Below are positions 62,632 through 64,000 of a DNA stretch of 64,000 bases, piece after piece. The notes under the pieces were generated by a model that was not told the origin of the DNA, did not search any database, and saw nothing but the letters and a program-made list of their open reading frames with translations. Position 1 is the first letter of the stretch, and the number at the start of each line of letters is the position of its first letter. Source of the stretch: Microcoleus sp. (GTDB taxonomy: Bacteria > Cyanobacteriota > Cyanobacteriia > Cyanobacteriales > Microcoleaceae); the NCBI GenBank assembly GCA_042408215.1, contig JAYFMW010000020.1, positions 480,001 to 544,000 on the forward strand, written 5' to 3'. The position numbers and the translations under genes are program-made.

Positions 62632-63564
62632 ATGGAAAATAGCGATGCAGTTAGTATAGAAGACACAAAAGTTATAACCAATGACTTTTGTATCTTGAAA
62701 GATACAGATACAGTAGCAGAAGCATTAGCTTTAGTTACTGTGCAAAATGCGAGTGAAATTGTTATTGTAGATGAGGATAAAAAATTTGCGGGTATCCTAA
62801 CTGACTTATCAATTTTACGATCGCTACCACCGCCAGTTTTAGATGTACCTGTTAAGTTTAGAATTAAAAGCCCTAAACTTCGCAAACAATTAAATGAGGA
62901 ATTAATTAATAGTTTAAAAAAGCCGATAATCGAGGTATTTAAACTAGAAAGAATCAAGCCTTATACTTCTAAAAATCAGAGGCTAATTTATGCGATGGAT
63001 AAATTAGTGGAATCCTATAAATCAACTTCAGCGATCGGAGTTTTACCTGTTATCAATGAGGACGAAACAGTTTATGGCGTAGCTTCTCCCGAAAGCATCT
63101 TAAGTCACATTAAATCTAATCAAAAATTTTGTCAATTGAAAGCCGAACGTTTTTTAGCGTTACCGGAAGTGAGTGGTATGGAACAACCATATACTCTACT
63201 ACCATCAGATACCCTAGCTCAAGCCAGATTTGCGATGAAATATTTGCCGATAGAGCATATAACTATCTGCGATCGAGATGGCAATTTGCTAGGAATGGTT
63301 GATAAAAAGCAGGTGACAACACTGACTCATCCCATGTATTTTAGTTTGATGGGTATATCTTTATCGGAAATAATGAAACCTGTAACTAAATTATGTTTGG
63401 TTGAGAAAATTCAAACATTGCAAGAGTGTATTAATGCTTACTTAAATAGGGGATTTAAGGAAGTAGTTATTGTTGAACAATTGCTAGGAAAAATTTACCC
63501 GAAAATGGTAGTAACGCCGATTGATATTTTACAATTCCGCGTACAAGTTTACCGTCAAAATTAA
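62632..63564 (+). CDS. Tandem CBS-domain protein (probably two CBS pairs)
   Basis: DTVAEAL...IVIVDEDKKFAGILTD; LPVINEDETVYGV; DTLAQA...DRDGNLLGMVD. Confidence 0.8.
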   Translation: MENSDAVSIEDTKVITNDFCILKDTDTVAEALALVTVQNASEIVIVDEDKKFAGILTDLSILRSLPPPVLDVPVKFRIKSPKLRKQLNEELINSLKKPIIEVFKLERIKPYTSKNQRLIYAMDKLVESYKSTSAIGVLPVINEDETVYGVASPESILSHIKSNQKFCQLKAERFLALPEVSGMEQPYTLLPSDTLAQARFAMKYLPIEHITICDRDGNLLGMVDKKQVTTLTHPMYFSLMGISLSEIMKPVTKLCLVEKIQTLQECINAYLNRGFKEVVIVEQLLGKIYPKMVVTPIDILQFRVQVYRQN

Positions 63565-63586
63565 ACAACAATGGAGGATTTTAATT

Positions 63587-64000
63587 ATGTCTATTAATAA
63601 CCTAGGATCACTTTTTAATCAGGGGTTCCCTGAATTCCAAGAGAATAGACCATTATGGTGGTTACAGCCAACTGACACAGTGGACTATTTAGATGCTATG
63701 ATGGATGAATTTAAAATCAGGCACGTCCCAATTATTGAGCCTATCGATCCTAAAAGTGATGAACCAAGAGGGGAGCTAAAAACAATCATTAGTAAGACAG
63801 ACCTAGTGAAAATTTTAACTCCTCCCAACGAACTATATCCGCCAGAATTTCCTCTGACACCTCAACAAAAATTACAACTGCGAAAATTCAATCAAGAAAT
63901 TAGTGCAAAATGTCTTAATGAAATTGAGGATTTTGCAAAACTTATGACGATACCTGTCAAGACTCTTTCTCTAAGAAATAGTAGAGTTGGAGATGTTTTT
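63587..64000 (+). CDS. Second CBS-domain protein (partial, runs off right edge)
   Basis: GGAGG RBS; MSINNLG...LQPTDTVDYLDAMMDEFKIRHVPII...IISKTDLVK open to the window end. Confidence 0.75.
   Translation, partial: MSINNLGSLFNQGFPEFQENRPLWWLQPTDTVDYLDAMMDEFKIRHVPIIEPIDPKSDEPRGELKTIISKTDLVKILTPPNELYPPEFPLTPQQKLQLRKFNQEISAKCLNEIEDFAKLMTIPVKTLSLRNSRVGDVF

Overview
Chromosomal window from a filamentous cyanobacterium, probably Oscillatoriales/Microcoleus-like. This rests on petB-petD, psaM, ctpA, frequent HIP1 GCGATCGC octamers and heptamer tandem repeats. Left to right: (1) a small metabolic cluster (DegT-type PLP enzyme, AraC regulator, two MscS channels, a frameshifted short OvoA/EgtB-like sulfoxide synthase, a B12-type radical SAM enzyme); (2) about 10.6 kb of nested IS607 and IS200/IS605 elements and MITEs, with two apparently intact tnpB genes, omega-RNA-bearing mini-elements, terC and psaM; (3) ctpA and petBD; (4) a type IIG restriction-modification gene with an in-frame 3x90-bp repeat insert, an ABC-F ATPase and an AAA_21 ATPase with partner; (5) a GLIC-like pentameric ligand-gated channel and housekeeping genes; (6) a type III-A (Csm) cas operon with an apparently HD-less Cas10 and a CARF-HEPN effector, with no CRISPR array or cas1/cas2 in the window; (7) guaA and cbiD; (8) at the right edge, an AT-rich operon of adenylate kinase, KAP NTPase and two CBS-domain proteins, divergent from an HTH gene. 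That last operon is my best candidate for an undescribed system. All calls come from motif recognition by eye; no searches were run.
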